A DNA stretch of 64,000 nucleotides from Alteromonadaceae bacterium (GTDB taxonomy: Bacteria; Pseudomonadota; Gammaproteobacteria; Enterobacterales; Alteromonadaceae), in assembly GCA_013216015.1 (NCBI GenBank), contig JABSOI010000019.1, positions 42,316-106,315 on the forward strand, written 5' to 3'. A program made the translations under genes and the position numbers. The stretch's first letter is position 1; each line of letters opens with the position of its first letter. Below, piece after piece: positions 19,344-30,358 of this stretch. The notes beneath the pieces were generated by a model that was given only the letters and a program-made list of their open reading frames with translations, was not told the origin of the DNA and searched no databases.

Positions 19344-22124
19344 TTAAATTTTAAAAAACGAAGTTTCTTTTTCCAGCAAGTTGGCTAAGCGAGCAAGTTT
19401 CACACTTGATTGCGCGACATTTTCTGTTGCTTGACTAGTTTCTGCAACACCTGAATTCAATGTTTTAACATTTTCCAGTATTTCTTCAACGATGGCTGAT
19501 TGTGCTTTAGCAGAAAGGGCTATTTTAGAACTTAATTCACTAATGCTGATAATTTTATTGGTGATAACCCTATTCAGTTCAGTCGCTTCTTTTGCATGTA
19601 CCTGTACGGTATTTGCTTGAGTAACACTACTGGCCATTACTTCTACCGATGAATTAGCCCCCTGGATAATGGTATTGATAGTATGATCAATTTCTTTGGT
19701 GCAATCCTGTGTTCGCAGGGCGATCTGTCGAACTTCATCGGCGACCACCGAAAACCCCCGACCTTGTTCGCCGGCTCTTGCTGCTTCAATGGCGGCATTG
19801 AGTGCTAATAAATTAGTTTGTTCTGCAATACCTTTAATGACATTAAGCACATTAACCACTTGTCTGAAATCATTTCTTACTCTTTGTACACTTTGCTCAG
19901 ATTGCTGAATTTGCTCAGTCATCGCTAAAATCGAGTTGTAGGTATGATCTAATTTTTCAGATCCGTCATTTACTATATTTTGAATTTCCGCGATAGCAGT
20001 TGAAGTATCGTTTGTATTTATTGTCACTTCATTGACCGTTACTCCCATTCCCTGCATAGCGGTAGTCAGTTGTTCTGATATTGATTGCTGCTGGTTAACT
20101 GTGTTCCTTGTTTGGGTGGTGATCGTAGAAAGTTCTTTAGACGTTGCTGTTTGCTGCAAGACAATGGCAGAAATATTTTTTACCATTTTAGCTGAATTAC
20201 CTATCATTTGCATAATGGCTTGTTGTAATTGTCCTACTTCGTTATTGGAAGTTTTTTCAATGGTAAAAGTCAGCTCACCATTAGCAACACGTTGCGCAAC
20301 ACCTGCTATTTCTTTAATTGGCGTTGTAATTCTTTTTGCGAACCAGTAGCCGATAGAAGTAACAACAACGACAATCACCAGCATAACAATACTCATAAAA
20401 GAGGTATTGTCACGAATTGAGGCGAAGGCTTCATGTTCATCTATTTCTGATAATATCGCCCAGTTGAATGAACCAAACGCTATGTGATCAAACGAAGATA
20501 ATACTGGATTGCCGTTATAGTCAATAATGATATCAGTACCATTTTCGTTGGCGTGAGCGCGTTTCGCAGCAGTGGTATTAACGCCATTGCCTGCTATAGA
20601 ACCAGCAAAGCTTGCTTTTACAGAATGGCCTTGTGGATCAATAAATGAATTACTTCGCATTTTCAAGTCTTCACCTATAAGGTAGCTATTACCAGTGTCA
20701 CCCATTCCTTCTCTCATACTCATTATTGTCTGAATGCCTTCAAGTGGTAACTGCAATGCAACATAAAGAATTGGTTGGCCATCGGCACCTAACAGTGGTT
20801 GAGCAATAAATGCTGCTGGATCATTATTGCTGGGAGAATATGGGGCAAAATCAACAATTCCATATTGTTTACTTTGGCTGACTTCCTTAATTAAGTTCCC
20901 TAAATTAGAGGACGAGTATTTGCCCTTGAATATATTGCTCTTAAAGTCATTTTTTTTAGCTACCGTATAGAAAATGTGACCATCAGGATTGATAAGGAAT
21001 AAATCGTAATAACCGTATTTCTCAATATAACTTTTATAGAATTCTTCATTGTTTAATGTTTTAGGATTAAAGGCTTGTGCAACATCTATTTCTGAGATAA
21101 TGGCCCAGCGAACCCCACTTCCCAGATTAATATAACCCCAGCTGCTGACGACAGGATTATTATTATAACCCTGAATCACCGCAGTATTTTTATCTCCCTG
21201 AAGTGCTTTTAGTACAGCGGTTGTTTCAATTTTATTGTTTTTGGCAAAAGAAGCTTTTACCAAATAGTCTGTAGGATTAAGATAAGAATCTGAACGCATT
21301 AATTTATCTTGTCCGACAACGTAAGATTCTCCGGTAACTCCCATCCCCGTACGGTTACTTAAAATATTGTTTACCTTCTCCAGTGATTGTTTAAAAGCAA
21401 TGTAGCCAAGTCGTTTACCTTTATCATCAATGACGGCTTTGACGGTAAAAGCTGCCGGATTATTATTACTGCGAGGGTAGGGGAGAAAATCGGCGAAATG
21501 AATATCAGATGACGATGACTTTTTCGCGAGAGTAAATGCCTGATAAAAAGAACTGCCAGTTAAATCATTTATTACGTTTTTACCAAGGTCATTTCTTCGT
21601 TTAACCGAGTAAATAATGTTGCCGTTATTATTTAATATAAAAAAATCAGACCAGCCAAAATGTTTTAACAATGACTTATACGATTTGTCATGTTTATTCA
21701 GTTTAGTCCACCAGCGTTTTTGTTTATGTTTTGAAAAGTAATGAGTTAACTCTTTAATCGCAAGATGAAGATAGGTTTGTGAGGCGAGCTGATCTAATTG
21801 AGCATTATTGTTTTCAATATACTCGGTTAACTGTGCTTTTTTCAGATCGTTTATGGCGGATAATTTTGAAAAGGCTTGCTGCTGCATGGTATCGGCAATA
21901 TTGATCAATACCCCCATATCACTTTGACGTTCATTAAAATATGTTTTCAGGGCTTGTTTTTTTATTTGATTGATTGTAGTTAATTGATTGTAAACCTTTG
22001 ACGTTAGATCATTAGAGTTATTAGATATTGAAATAATACTGACAATAATGGCTGGCATTAACCCAATAAGGATAAATAAAAGGGTGAATTTTGCCTTTAA
22101 ACTTAAGTTTGTAAGGTCAGTCAC
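19344..22124 (-). CDS. Methyl-accepting chemotaxis protein with large double periplasmic sensor (dCache-like) region
   Basis: 926 aa. TM, ~550-aa periplasmic region with two similar halves, a second TM, HAMP, and the MCP signalling domain ([28 protein letters not shown]). Confidence 0.85.
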   Translation of the reverse strand: MTDLTNLSLKAKFTLLFILIGLMPAIIVSIISISNNSNDLTSKVYNQLTTINQIKKQALKTYFNERQSDMGVLINIADTMQQQAFSKLSAINDLKKAQLTEYIENNNAQLDQLASQTYLHLAIKELTHYFSKHKQKRWWTKLNKHDKSYKSLLKHFGWSDFFILNNNGNIIYSVKRRNDLGKNVINDLTGSSFYQAFTLAKKSSSSDIHFADFLPYPRSNNNPAAFTVKAVIDDKGKRLGYIAFKQSLEKVNNILSNRTGMGVTGESYVVGQDKLMRSDSYLNPTDYLVKASFAKNNKIETTAVLKALQGDKNTAVIQGYNNNPVVSSWGYINLGSGVRWAIISEIDVAQAFNPKTLNNEEFYKSYIEKYGYYDLFLINPDGHIFYTVAKKNDFKSNIFKGKYSSSNLGNLIKEVSQSKQYGIVDFAPYSPSNNDPAAFIAQPLLGADGQPILYVALQLPLEGIQTIMSMREGMGDTGNSYLIGEDLKMRSNSFIDPQGHSVKASFAGSIAGNGVNTTAAKRAHANENGTDIIIDYNGNPVLSSFDHIAFGSFNWAILSEIDEHEAFASIRDNTSFMSIVMLVIVVVVTSIGYWFAKRITTPIKEIAGVAQRVANGELTFTIEKTSNNEVGQLQQAIMQMIGNSAKMVKNISAIVLQQTATSKELSTITTQTRNTVNQQQSISEQLTTAMQGMGVTVNEVTINTNDTSTAIAEIQNIVNDGSEKLDHTYNSILAMTEQIQQSEQSVQRVRNDFRQVVNVLNVIKGIAEQTNLLALNAAIEAARAGEQGRGFSVVADEVRQIALRTQDCTKEIDHTINTIIQGANSSVEVMASSVTQANTVQVHAKEATELNRVITNKIISISELSSKIALSAKAQSAIVEEILENVKTLNSGVAETSQATENVAQSSVKLARLANLLEKETSFFKI

Positions 22125-22210
22125 TTAATGCTCCCGAAGGTACATCCTTGCCTATTTATGATGCTGATTGAATGTCGTTATTTAATTATTCATTTATGCT
22201 GGAATTACTA

Positions 22211-22367
22211 TACCCGTGGTCATTCAAGATGCGGGAATTTGAGGTGAATTTGAAAGTTTATCTAAAAGGCGCTTGATTGAGCAATAGCGGGCTATTGGGA
22301 TTGAAAGCAACGTAGTAGATAATCTTTTAAAACGCTTCAAAACCTGCATTTTGAATGATTACGGGTA
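22211..22367. mobile_element. MITE R3, 157 bp, 27-bp TIRs (TACCCGTRRTCATTCAAR…), flanked by TA/TA
   Basis: Same element at 31007-31163, with a fragment at 16137-16177. TA duplication at both ends. Confidence 0.7.
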
Positions 22368-22640
22368 TATATATTTCATTATTAAGTTTTATCAATAATG
22401 CTAGACCAGAACAAGGTAAAATCAAGTTGAATATTGCCTAAAAACCCAAAGGATACGTTAATCTTGTAGGTTATCTGTGAATTGATATTGTACCGATGGC
22501 GAGGAAGTAGTCTTGGTTTGAGTATCATCCACAATATCGTTACCCAAAAGTTAGGTGACAGCATAAAACTCAAGAGTATTATTAATAAAGGAGTCACCTC
22601 TGATATTTGCTTTCCAGCTTTAAATCAAACAGAAACTGTT

Positions 22641-23459
22641 TCAATAAGAGATAGGTAATCCATTAGCCCAACCCTTAGCCATACCTATTACGGCGCTATT
22701 GAAGTCTGTATTTTTACTGGCCTGATTTCTTTGTTGGCAATAAATAGCATTATTATTAAAAATTGATTTTGCCAGTTGACGACCTCCCATAATAACGCCG
22801 GTTGTTTTAGCTAGTCTTAGTTCAGTAAAACGGTTCAGTGCCTGATTAATATCTCCACCACTTTCTTTTAAACAATTAGCCAAATGCCATGCATCTTCCA
22901 GCGCTTGACACGCACCTTGACCAGATGTTGGTAACGGCGCATGGGCGGCATCGCCAATGAGCAATACATTATTTTTATGCCAACATTGAATAGGATCATG
23001 GTCGTGGACATATATTTTGTTAATACTCGATAATGGCGAATTGTTGATGATAGTGGTTATAGGATCGGGCCAATGTTTAAAACGTTTATTTAATTCATTT
23101 TTGTATTGGTCAGGGTTTTTTTTACTAATTTTGTCGGCAAGCACACCACCAGCCCAATAGGCTTTTTTAGCGGATATTGGTACGATACCAAAACGCTCTC
23201 CGGTCCCCCAATAATCTGAAACACAAAGATCAGAAAATAGTCGTTCATTGCTTTCAAATATGCCGACCCAATTAATGAAGCCTTGATAAATAGGTTTGTT
23301 GTCATTGTTTACATATTGCCGAGTGATTGAATTCATTCGTCCATCAGCACCAATAACCAGCTCAGCAGACAATTGCTTGCCATTGTCAAAGTTAATGATT
23401 GTTTCTTTATGTTTTCTAGTTTCTATTGCGACAATCACTTTCACCACCCAATAAAGCAA
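22641..23459 (-). pseudogene. Fragment of FAD-dependent aromatic monooxygenase (UbiH/salicylate-hydroxylase family); N-terminal Rossmann part missing
   Basis: GADGRMNSITR and GDAAHAPLPTSGQGACQALEDAWHLA motifs present. No N-terminal GxGxxG. Confidence 0.5.
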
Positions 23460-23823
23460 ACTCAGGAGGGATGCGCATAAGTCCCGGATTACGAAAGGTG
23501 AAACCTTCTTCAGACTTAACTACTTTAACTGAGGCTGACTGGCTATATTCGGCATGCACTAAGGTATTAATTAGTGCTTCACGCAAGGCTTGATGTATTA
23601 AGGTATCATCTTGGCGAATATTTTTTTTTATTGAAAAAGGGACTTTAATATCAGCTTCTAACTTGCGGATGATTTTTAAATAGAAATCAAAAATATTGCC
23701 TGACCAAGCGCCATCGGGGATTATTCTGTCAAGCCAGCGAATATTCTTATCATTACTTTTTTCTTGATAATCAATCATAAAATTTGGAAGTACATCTGTA
23801 ATATTGTTGTACTCACCAAACAT
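23416..23823 (-). pseudogene. Fragment resembling ATP-binding (HATPase_c_4-type) domain of putative transcriptional regulators
   Basis: LREALINTLVHAEYSQ motif. The ORF is short and overlaps the monooxygenase fragment. Confidence 0.35.
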
Positions 23824-24081
23824 AAGTAAGCCTGCTAAAGTTAGCCCTTCTTCAGAAATAAATTAAAAAATTTAAAGTGTCTATTAATTATCGCAATCGC
23901 TAAAGATAATGTGAATGAATATTATCAGATGTTTAATTCAAGTAATTTGTTTTTCCCGTTGATAAAATAGCACTAATCACAAGGGTTAGAAATATTAGTG
24001 TATGTATATTATAATAATTAAATACAAAGTTGTGGTTGTTGTTAATTAATCTCAATATTATAAGTAATTATTTCAACAACC

Positions 24082-25062
24082 TTGTTGGTTTGTGTTAATG
24101 ATGTGTTAAAGTGCGCTGGCGAGGAGGGTGTTTTGAAAAGTACAAAACCTAAAATATTGATTGTTGATGATGAAACTGCCAACTTAAAAATACTAAGAGA
24201 AATTCTTAGAGATGACGCTGACATTCAGGCGGCTAAAAGTGGTGAGCAGGCTTTGGCAATAGCATCTAAACAGCAACTGACTTTAATATTGCTGGATGTT
24301 GTGATGCCCGAAATGGACGGGTTTGAGGTGATAAAGCAGCTTAAAAGTGATGAAAGAACCAGAGCAATTCCGGTCATTTTTATTACAGGCCTCAGAGATG
24401 TCGATAATGAAGAAAAAGGCTTTGCTTTAGGTGCTTGTGATTATATCCAAAAGCCATTTCATGCAGCAATTGTATCAGCCCGTGTTAAGCTGCATTTGGA
24501 ATTGATACACCAACGCCAACTGTTGACTGAACTTGCGCATATTGATCCTTTAACCTCGTTGGGTAACAGGCGAAAATTTGATTATGTATTGGAACTTGAA
24601 TGGTCGATAGCAAAGCGGGAGCATACTTCCCTGGCTATTTTGATGATAGACATCGATTTTTTCAAAAACTTTAACGATAATTATGGCCATTCTGCTGGTG
24701 ATGAAGTTATTCAAACAGTCGGGATGGCGCTTAAAAATCAATTTTCTCGTCCAAGGGATTTTGTTGGTCGTTATGGCGGAGAGGAATTCGTAGTAGTGCT
24801 ACCCAATACCTGTGGAGAATTATTACAAGATAAAATCCAAAAATGTTGTGATGCAATTGCTAACTTAAACATTGAGCATGAACGTTCTGATGTCTGTAAC
24901 GTGGTGACTGTTAGCATTGGTGGAGCCTTATGTGAGCCAGTTGTCTCTGGATATGCTGAACAGGTCGTTAAGGCTGCCGACACTCAGTTATATCATGCTA
25001 AAAAAGGTGGGCGAAATCAGGTAAGGTGGCAAGAGTTTAAGACCAATTGTATTAAGGTATGA
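24082..25062 (+). CDS. Response regulator receiver plus GGDEF diguanylate cyclase
   Basis: REC (ILIVDDE…LLDVVMPEMDG…). GGDEF domain with RYGGEEFVV active-site motif. Confidence 0.85.
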   Translation: MLVCVNDVLKCAGEEGVLKSTKPKILIVDDETANLKILREILRDDADIQAAKSGEQALAIASKQQLTLILLDVVMPEMDGFEVIKQLKSDERTRAIPVIFITGLRDVDNEEKGFALGACDYIQKPFHAAIVSARVKLHLELIHQRQLLTELAHIDPLTSLGNRRKFDYVLELEWSIAKREHTSLAILMIDIDFFKNFNDNYGHSAGDEVIQTVGMALKNQFSRPRDFVGRYGGEEFVVVLPNTCGELLQDKIQKCCDAIANLNIEHERSDVCNVVTVSIGGALCEPVVSGYAEQVVKAADTQLYHAKKGGRNQVRWQEFKTNCIKV

Positions 25063-25245
25063 TTTTCAAGTATACCCCATCTATAGGGAACTTTCGTTCG
25101 ATATAGAATGGGATATTAAAATGGGTTTTGACTTCTTTGGCTTCTTTGACTTTAGTATGATTGAGAATCCCATGCCAGTCATTCTTAGCATGAGAAAAGC
25201 AGAGTTCTCTTTTTTCTAAGATAGTTATAGCCGATTGAAGTCCTG

Positions 25246-25737
25246 CTAATGATGGCTATCGTCTGTAGTCATTCCCTTTAAATGTTGTCGAATAAAATCC
25301 ATATCAATTTTAGTGCCGGGGCAAGTTTTACTTGTTCTGTATTGGGATGCAATTTCACCTGTTGCGACCAATTTATTAATTTCACTATGACCTATTACTT
25401 TTTCAACGGGTACAGAAAATTCGGCCATCAAATCCCTGATTAATTTATATAAGCTTTTATATTGATTTTCAGTAAAATTATTTTTATCACCATGACCAAC
25501 GCAGCAAATACCAACAGATCGGTTATTAAGACCTTTTACATGAGCTCCCTGCACGTTTGTCGCACGACCAAACTCTAATGTTCCGTCCGTTTTTGATGAG
25601 TGCTTGTTATTTAAAATAACGAAATGGTAGCCAATACCATTCCATTTTCTTGCTTTATGCCATTTATCGATTAAATCACGGTCACAATCCTGACCATCGA
25701 ACGCAGCGGTATGAACTACAATGTATTCGGGTGTCAT
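25246..25737 (-). CDS. N-acetylmuramoyl-L-alanine amidase (Amidase_2/AmpD-like)
   Basis: IVVHTAA…GYHFVI…H…C motifs of the amidase_2/PGRP fold. Confidence 0.65.
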   Translation of the reverse strand: MTPEYIVVHTAAFDGQDCDRDLIDKWHKARKWNGIGYHFVILNNKHSSKTDGTLEFGRATNVQGAHVKGLNNRSVGICCVGHGDKNNFTENQYKSLYKLIRDLMAEFSVPVEKVIGHSEINKLVATGEIASQYRTSKTCPGTKIDMDFIRQHLKGMTTDDSHH

Positions 25738-25944
25738 TGGTAAATCTCCATTTTAGGTATGCATAGTAATAGATCTGGTGTCGAACAAAAGTACATTGAT
25801 TATTACCTTGAATAACACCAGTTTATTATTCTTACCAGCGTGATCAAATATCCAATGCATGTCTTTAAATTTAGTACAGATATTAAATCTGTAAAGAATG
25901 GCTTTCTGCAATGTTATACCCATGGAGCGATATTTTACCGCGCA

Positions 25945-26046
25945 GATGGGTTAGCCGCGGGCGTAATCGACCAAAACTAATGTTTATCAATTAGGTAATG
26001 ACTTGGTGATCACCAAATGTGATGGGTTACACCGTTGTCTAATCTG
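25945..26046. repeat. Degenerate R1 element
   Basis: gatgggttagccgcgggcgtaatc…gtgatgggttacaccgttg. Confidence 0.5.
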
Positions 26047-26301
26047 AGTGAAATGCATGGGTATAATATTGAGTGTCATTGCTATAACTTATTTGGTGAA
26101 CAGAAATAGATAAATAATATTTTGTGTATATTATTAAAGAATTGTAAGTTTTCTTTAATGAGGACAGTTTCTAGTTTTTATTTCAGTACTATTAAAGTAA
26201 GTTGTGTGTAAATAAGTTGTAGGGCATACGGTTGGATCATTAAATCAAATGTTTACTGTATCCAAATTACAATAAAATATGAAAATAAAGGAGAAACTTA
26301 G

Positions 26302-28872
26302 ATGATACGAAAAATGATATCCAACAGGCTCAGTATTATGCTGCTACTATTTAGCCCTGTACTGTTAGCGGTAAAAGTTATTGCTTCAGAGCAAGTGCCT
26401 ACTGGCCAATTACCTGAAAATGTTGAACCCACACATTATCAATTAACCTTAAAAATAGATCCTGAACAGAAAAGGTTTTCTGGCCAAACGAGTATTAATC
26501 TTAAGATAAAAGAAGCAACAAGCCACTTTTACCTCAATGGTAAAGAGTTAACGATTAACTCGGTTGTCTTAAAAAACAGTCATGGTAAAACTTTTAAGGC
26601 GACGGTAAAAGACACCAGTGTTGAAGGAGTGATGAAAGTTACTGCAGATAAAAAATTATCAGCAGGAAATTACATTATTACTTTTGATTATAACGCTCCA
26701 TTTAATGAAAACCTTGAAGGATTGCACCGTGTAAAAGATGGTGATCAATATTATGCCTTCACACAAATGGAATCTATTTCAGCACGTTTAGCTTTCCCGT
26801 CATTTGATGAACCCCGCTTTAAAACAACATTTGATATAGAGTTTATTATCCCTGAAAAGCTCAAAGCTATTTCAAATACCCCAGAAGCTGAAACGAAGGA
26901 ATTAGCCGACGGTTGGAAAAAAGTTACCTTTGTTACCAGCAAACCATTACCAACTTATTTGGTTGCCTTTTTTGTTGGTGATTTTGACGTTGTTGAAATG
27001 CCTGATATGCCAGCAACAAGTTTAAGAAAAGATGCTATTCCGCTTCGAGGTATTGCAGCAAAAGGTAAAGGCAAAAAACTTGCTTATGCGCTGTCACAAA
27101 CCCAAACTGTGGTTGAAGCCCTGGAAGAATATTTTCAAGTTCCTTATCCCTATCGTAAATTAGACGTATTGGCGGTACCTGATTTTGCAGCCGGAGCTAT
27201 GGAAAATGCTGGCGCGATCACTTACCGTGAGCAACTGTTATTACTTGATGAAAAATCTTCAATTAATCAAAAACGTAATTCAATTTCTGTACAAGCACAT
27301 GAATTGGCACATCAATGGTTCGGTAATTTAGTCACACCAGTATGGTGGAATGATATTTGGTTAAACGAAGCATTTGCTACCTGGATGGCGGCAACTGTAT
27401 TAGAGCGTCAATTCCCCGGGGAGCAATGGCAGAGACAACAAATTCGAAGTTCAAAAAATGCGATGAACTCTGACTCTATTCCGTCAGCACGTAAAATTCG
27501 TAACCCGATAAAAAGTAATAGCGATATCATTACTGCGTTTGACGGCATTACTTATCAAAAAGGCTCAGGTGTGTTGTTCATGGTTGAAAACTTTATGGGT
27601 GAAGAAAATTTCCGTAAAGGTGTGCAAAAATACATGAATAAATATGCGTGGGGAAATACCACCGCGATTGATTTTTTTGAAACCATTGCCAGCGTATTAG
27701 AGCCCAAAAAAGCTGAAGCGGTTGTTAAATCTTTCAGAAATTTTGTTGAACAAGCAGGTGTACCTATTTTAAATATTGTTCAATCTTGCCAAAACGACAA
27801 AGCAGTATTAACCGTTGAACAACAAAGATATAAACCACTTGGTACTGAATATAAAGAAAATACTTTGTGGAGCATTCCTACTTGCATGAGTTATGAAGTC
27901 AATGGTGAAATCAAACAACAATGTGAAGTTATCTCAAAAGCTAAACAACAAATTACTCTGGATGGTGCAAGTTGTAATTCCTGGGTTATGCCTAACTCCA
28001 AAGCAGCGGGTTATTACCGTTTCAATTTTGACACTGCAGGTTGGCAAGCACTTCTTGTTAATTTGCATAAAGTAAGTTCTGTTGAAGCTAATGCCGTTGT
28101 AGACAGCATTAGCTCAGCATTTAACAGTGGTAATTTAACCGTACAAGATTTGATTGATGTTATTCCTTCAACATTATCGGCTGAGTCGTGGGAAGTAATC
28201 GTTTCAGGTACACGCACAATAGGGCTTTTGATCTTTTATGCAGATGAAGATGAGAAATCAACATTAAGAAAATTGGCGGGTGATTTATATCGTGAAAGTG
28301 CGAATCGAATTGGATTTGTTGATAATACTGAGTTAGATAAAAACAATCCGATAGACGCCAACCAGTTAAGAACGCGTTTAATTGATTTTATGGCCAGTAC
28401 AGCAAAAGATAAATTGTACCGCGAAAAATTAACGGCTATGGCGGTTAAATATATTGGTTATAAAGGTGATGGAAAGTTCCATGATGATGCGATAATTCCG
28501 GCATTGCGTGTTACGGCTATGTCTGTTGCTGTTCAAGAATTAGGACAACCTTACGTTGATGCTTTAATGGTGCATTTAAAAGCGTCTGCTGATGGCACAA
28601 TGCGTGGTCGTTTAATTAGCGCATTAACGGCAACTGAAGATCTGAAAATAGGTAAAGATTTAGTTGATTTTAGCTTAACGTCTGATGTTCGTGATAACGA
28701 AAAAACATCATTTTTATTTGGTTTAGTCAGGAAGAAAGAATTAGATGGAGTTATGTGGCCATGGTTAATGGCTAATTTTGATCAATTGATTGCTGGTTTA
28801 CCTACGAATTTTCAAAGTTTCACCCCTTACTTATTTTGGGTGATTGTAATGAAGTCAGGAACGAACGATTAG
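26302..28872 (+). CDS. Secreted M1-family aminopeptidase (aminopeptidase N-like); C-terminal end probably frameshifted (continues as ORF 28836-29021)
   Basis: Signal peptide. GAMEN exopeptidase motif. HELAHQWFGNLVT-X18-E zinc site. ERAP1-like C-terminal domain. Confidence 0.85.
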   Translation: MIRKMISNRLSIMLLLFSPVLLAVKVIASEQVPTGQLPENVEPTHYQLTLKIDPEQKRFSGQTSINLKIKEATSHFYLNGKELTINSVVLKNSHGKTFKATVKDTSVEGVMKVTADKKLSAGNYIITFDYNAPFNENLEGLHRVKDGDQYYAFTQMESISARLAFPSFDEPRFKTTFDIEFIIPEKLKAISNTPEAETKELADGWKKVTFVTSKPLPTYLVAFFVGDFDVVEMPDMPATSLRKDAIPLRGIAAKGKGKKLAYALSQTQTVVEALEEYFQVPYPYRKLDVLAVPDFAAGAMENAGAITYREQLLLLDEKSSINQKRNSISVQAHELAHQWFGNLVTPVWWNDIWLNEAFATWMAATVLERQFPGEQWQRQQIRSSKNAMNSDSIPSARKIRNPIKSNSDIITAFDGITYQKGSGVLFMVENFMGEENFRKGVQKYMNKYAWGNTTAIDFFETIASVLEPKKAEAVVKSFRNFVEQAGVPILNIVQSCQNDKAVLTVEQQRYKPLGTEYKENTLWSIPTCMSYEVNGEIKQQCEVISKAKQQITLDGASCNSWVMPNSKAAGYYRFNFDTAGWQALLVNLHKVSSVEANAVVDSISSAFNSGNLTVQDLIDVIPSTLSAESWEVIVSGTRTIGLLIFYADEDEKSTLRKLAGDLYRESANRIGFVDNTELDKNNPIDANQLRTRLIDFMASTAKDKLYREKLTAMAVKYIGYKGDGKFHDDAIIPALRVTAMSVAVQELGQPYVDALMVHLKASADGTMRGRLISALTATEDLKIGKDLVDFSLTSDVRDNEKTSFLFGLVRKKELDGVMWPWLMANFDQLIAGLPTNFQSFTPYLFWVIVMKSGTND

Positions 28873-29033
28873 ACAGTTTCTTACAACCACGTTTAGATAA
28901 ATTAGTGGGAGCTGACAGAAACTTTGTTAAAGCTAAAGATCATTTAAAACAATGTCTAGCGAAAAAAGCACATATTAAGCCTCAAATTAAAAAATTAGTT
29001 ATGATGCTTGAAGATAAGTAAGTAGCTATATTA

Positions 29034-29081
29034 GTTTAAGTTTAAGTTTAAGTTTAAGTTTAAATATAAATATAAATATAA
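29034..29081. repeat. Tandem hexanucleotide repeats (GTTTAA)x5 (ATATAA)x3
   Basis: Read directly from the sequence. Confidence 0.8.
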
Positions 29082-29129
29082 AGGCGCAATCCTGATTATT
29101 CCAAATGATTATTGCGCCTTTTTGTTTTT
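29081..29129 (+). terminator. Rho-independent terminator
   Basis: aaggcgcaat-N20-attgcgcctt followed by tttgttttt. Confidence 0.6.
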
Positions 29130-29231
29130 ATCACAAACCTATAATTAAAATCCGATAATTTATCTATTTTTATTTTCATTTAACCTTCATCCCTTAAAGT
29201 ATCTTCAAACGATAATTGTAAGGAACTAAAC

Positions 29232-29486
29232 ATGAACTTGAACACAAAAAAGATAGGTCAAATTATTTTATTGGCAAGCTCGCTTTTTACCATTAGTTAT
29301 ACCACGCAAGCAGAAACGCCGGAAAATCGAGCAAACAACAAGTTAGATTCAAACATTAATCAATTGTTAGCTTCTGAGAATCTGCCAGGTAGGGTGATGC
29401 TTGTGCGCAAAAATAATAAAATTATTCATCATGAAGCTTATGGATATGCAGACATTGAGTCACAAAAAGTAATATACGTGGTATAG
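29232..29486 (+). pseudogene. N-terminal fragment (84 aa) of a beta-lactamase/PBP-family serine hydrolase
   Basis: Signal peptide, then …LPGRVMLVRKNNKIIHHEAYGYADIESQK…. The ORF stops before the SxxK motif. Confidence 0.5.
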
Positions 29487-29513
29487 GTTATCAATTAACA
29501 ATACAGGCTTCTC

Positions 29514-29924
29514 ATGGCTAAAAAGTGTTTAGCTTCCATACTGAAATTGCAATGGTGGTTCCATACATTCCTGACCAGTTTATTTTTTATCGCTGTAACT
29601 TTCTTTTTTCTCTTTGTTATAGAAGATTACCTTTATGAAAAACAGTTGATCGATATTAGCAATATTGTTGCCCAAAATGAGTCGATAAAGGGGTTGCCAG
29701 CGCATATTCAAATAGTTACAACAAGTGAAATACCACAAGCCTGGATCACTCAACTAGCACAAGCAGCATTAAATGAAGCGATAGAAATAGATAATCACAA
29801 GGGTAATACCATTCATCTTATTCGCTCACAATTTAGCGACAATAAAGAAGAGTTTGTACTGGCGTTAGATACGGGTAAAACAAATTCTGTCTGGGACATA
29901 TCAGACAAGCATTATGTTAATTGA
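29514..29924 (+). CDS. Membrane-anchored hypothetical protein, translationally coupled to downstream RR
   Basis: One strong TM (FLTSLFFIAVTFFFLFVI). The stop overlaps the downstream ATG by 11 nt. Confidence 0.4.
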   Translation: MAKKCLASILKLQWWFHTFLTSLFFIAVTFFFLFVIEDYLYEKQLIDISNIVAQNESIKGLPAHIQIVTTSEIPQAWITQLAQAALNEAIEIDNHKGNTIHLIRSQFSDNKEEFVLALDTGKTNSVWDISDKHYVN

Positions 29925-30303
29925 TGATGACGAATCAATTCTGGCTTTAATAAAAAGACGATTGTCAGGATACGGTTATCAAGTAACAGAATTCAGTAAT
30001 TGCAGTGATGCATTAATTGCCTTTGCTGAGGCGCCTGACAACTTTGATCTGGTGATCTCTGACTTTAATATGCCAGAGATGACAGGCATAGAATTTACAG
30101 AAGCAGTACAAGCGATAGTTGTTGATCAGCCGGTAATTATTATAACGGCGACACCGGAGCAAGTGATTATTGATCCGGATCAGGATCAGGTGGTTATCAG
30201 TCATGTAATATCTAAACCAATAGCATTTAGCGAGCTGCAAACAGCAATTTTAGACTTATTTCCTCAGACCCAACCTCAGGCTAAGCCTAAACCTAAACTT
30301 TAG
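29914..30303 (+). CDS. Single-domain (CheY-like) response regulator
   Basis: DDDE acidic pocket, phospho-Asp in LVISDFNMPEMTG, then T and K (ISKP). No output domain. Confidence 0.7.
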   Translation: MLIDDDESILALIKRRLSGYGYQVTEFSNCSDALIAFAEAPDNFDLVISDFNMPEMTGIEFTEAVQAIVVDQPVIIITATPEQVIIDPDQDQVVISHVISKPIAFSELQTAILDLFPQTQPQAKPKPKL

Positions 30304-30358
30304 CCTTTACCTTAGCCTCTACCTTAGCTTTTACCTCAGTTTTACCTCAGAATAAGGC

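Noticed and set aside
22382-22597. 71-aa ORF next to the R3 MITE
   Set aside because: No motif, and it lies in a region of gene fragments. Treated as non-coding.
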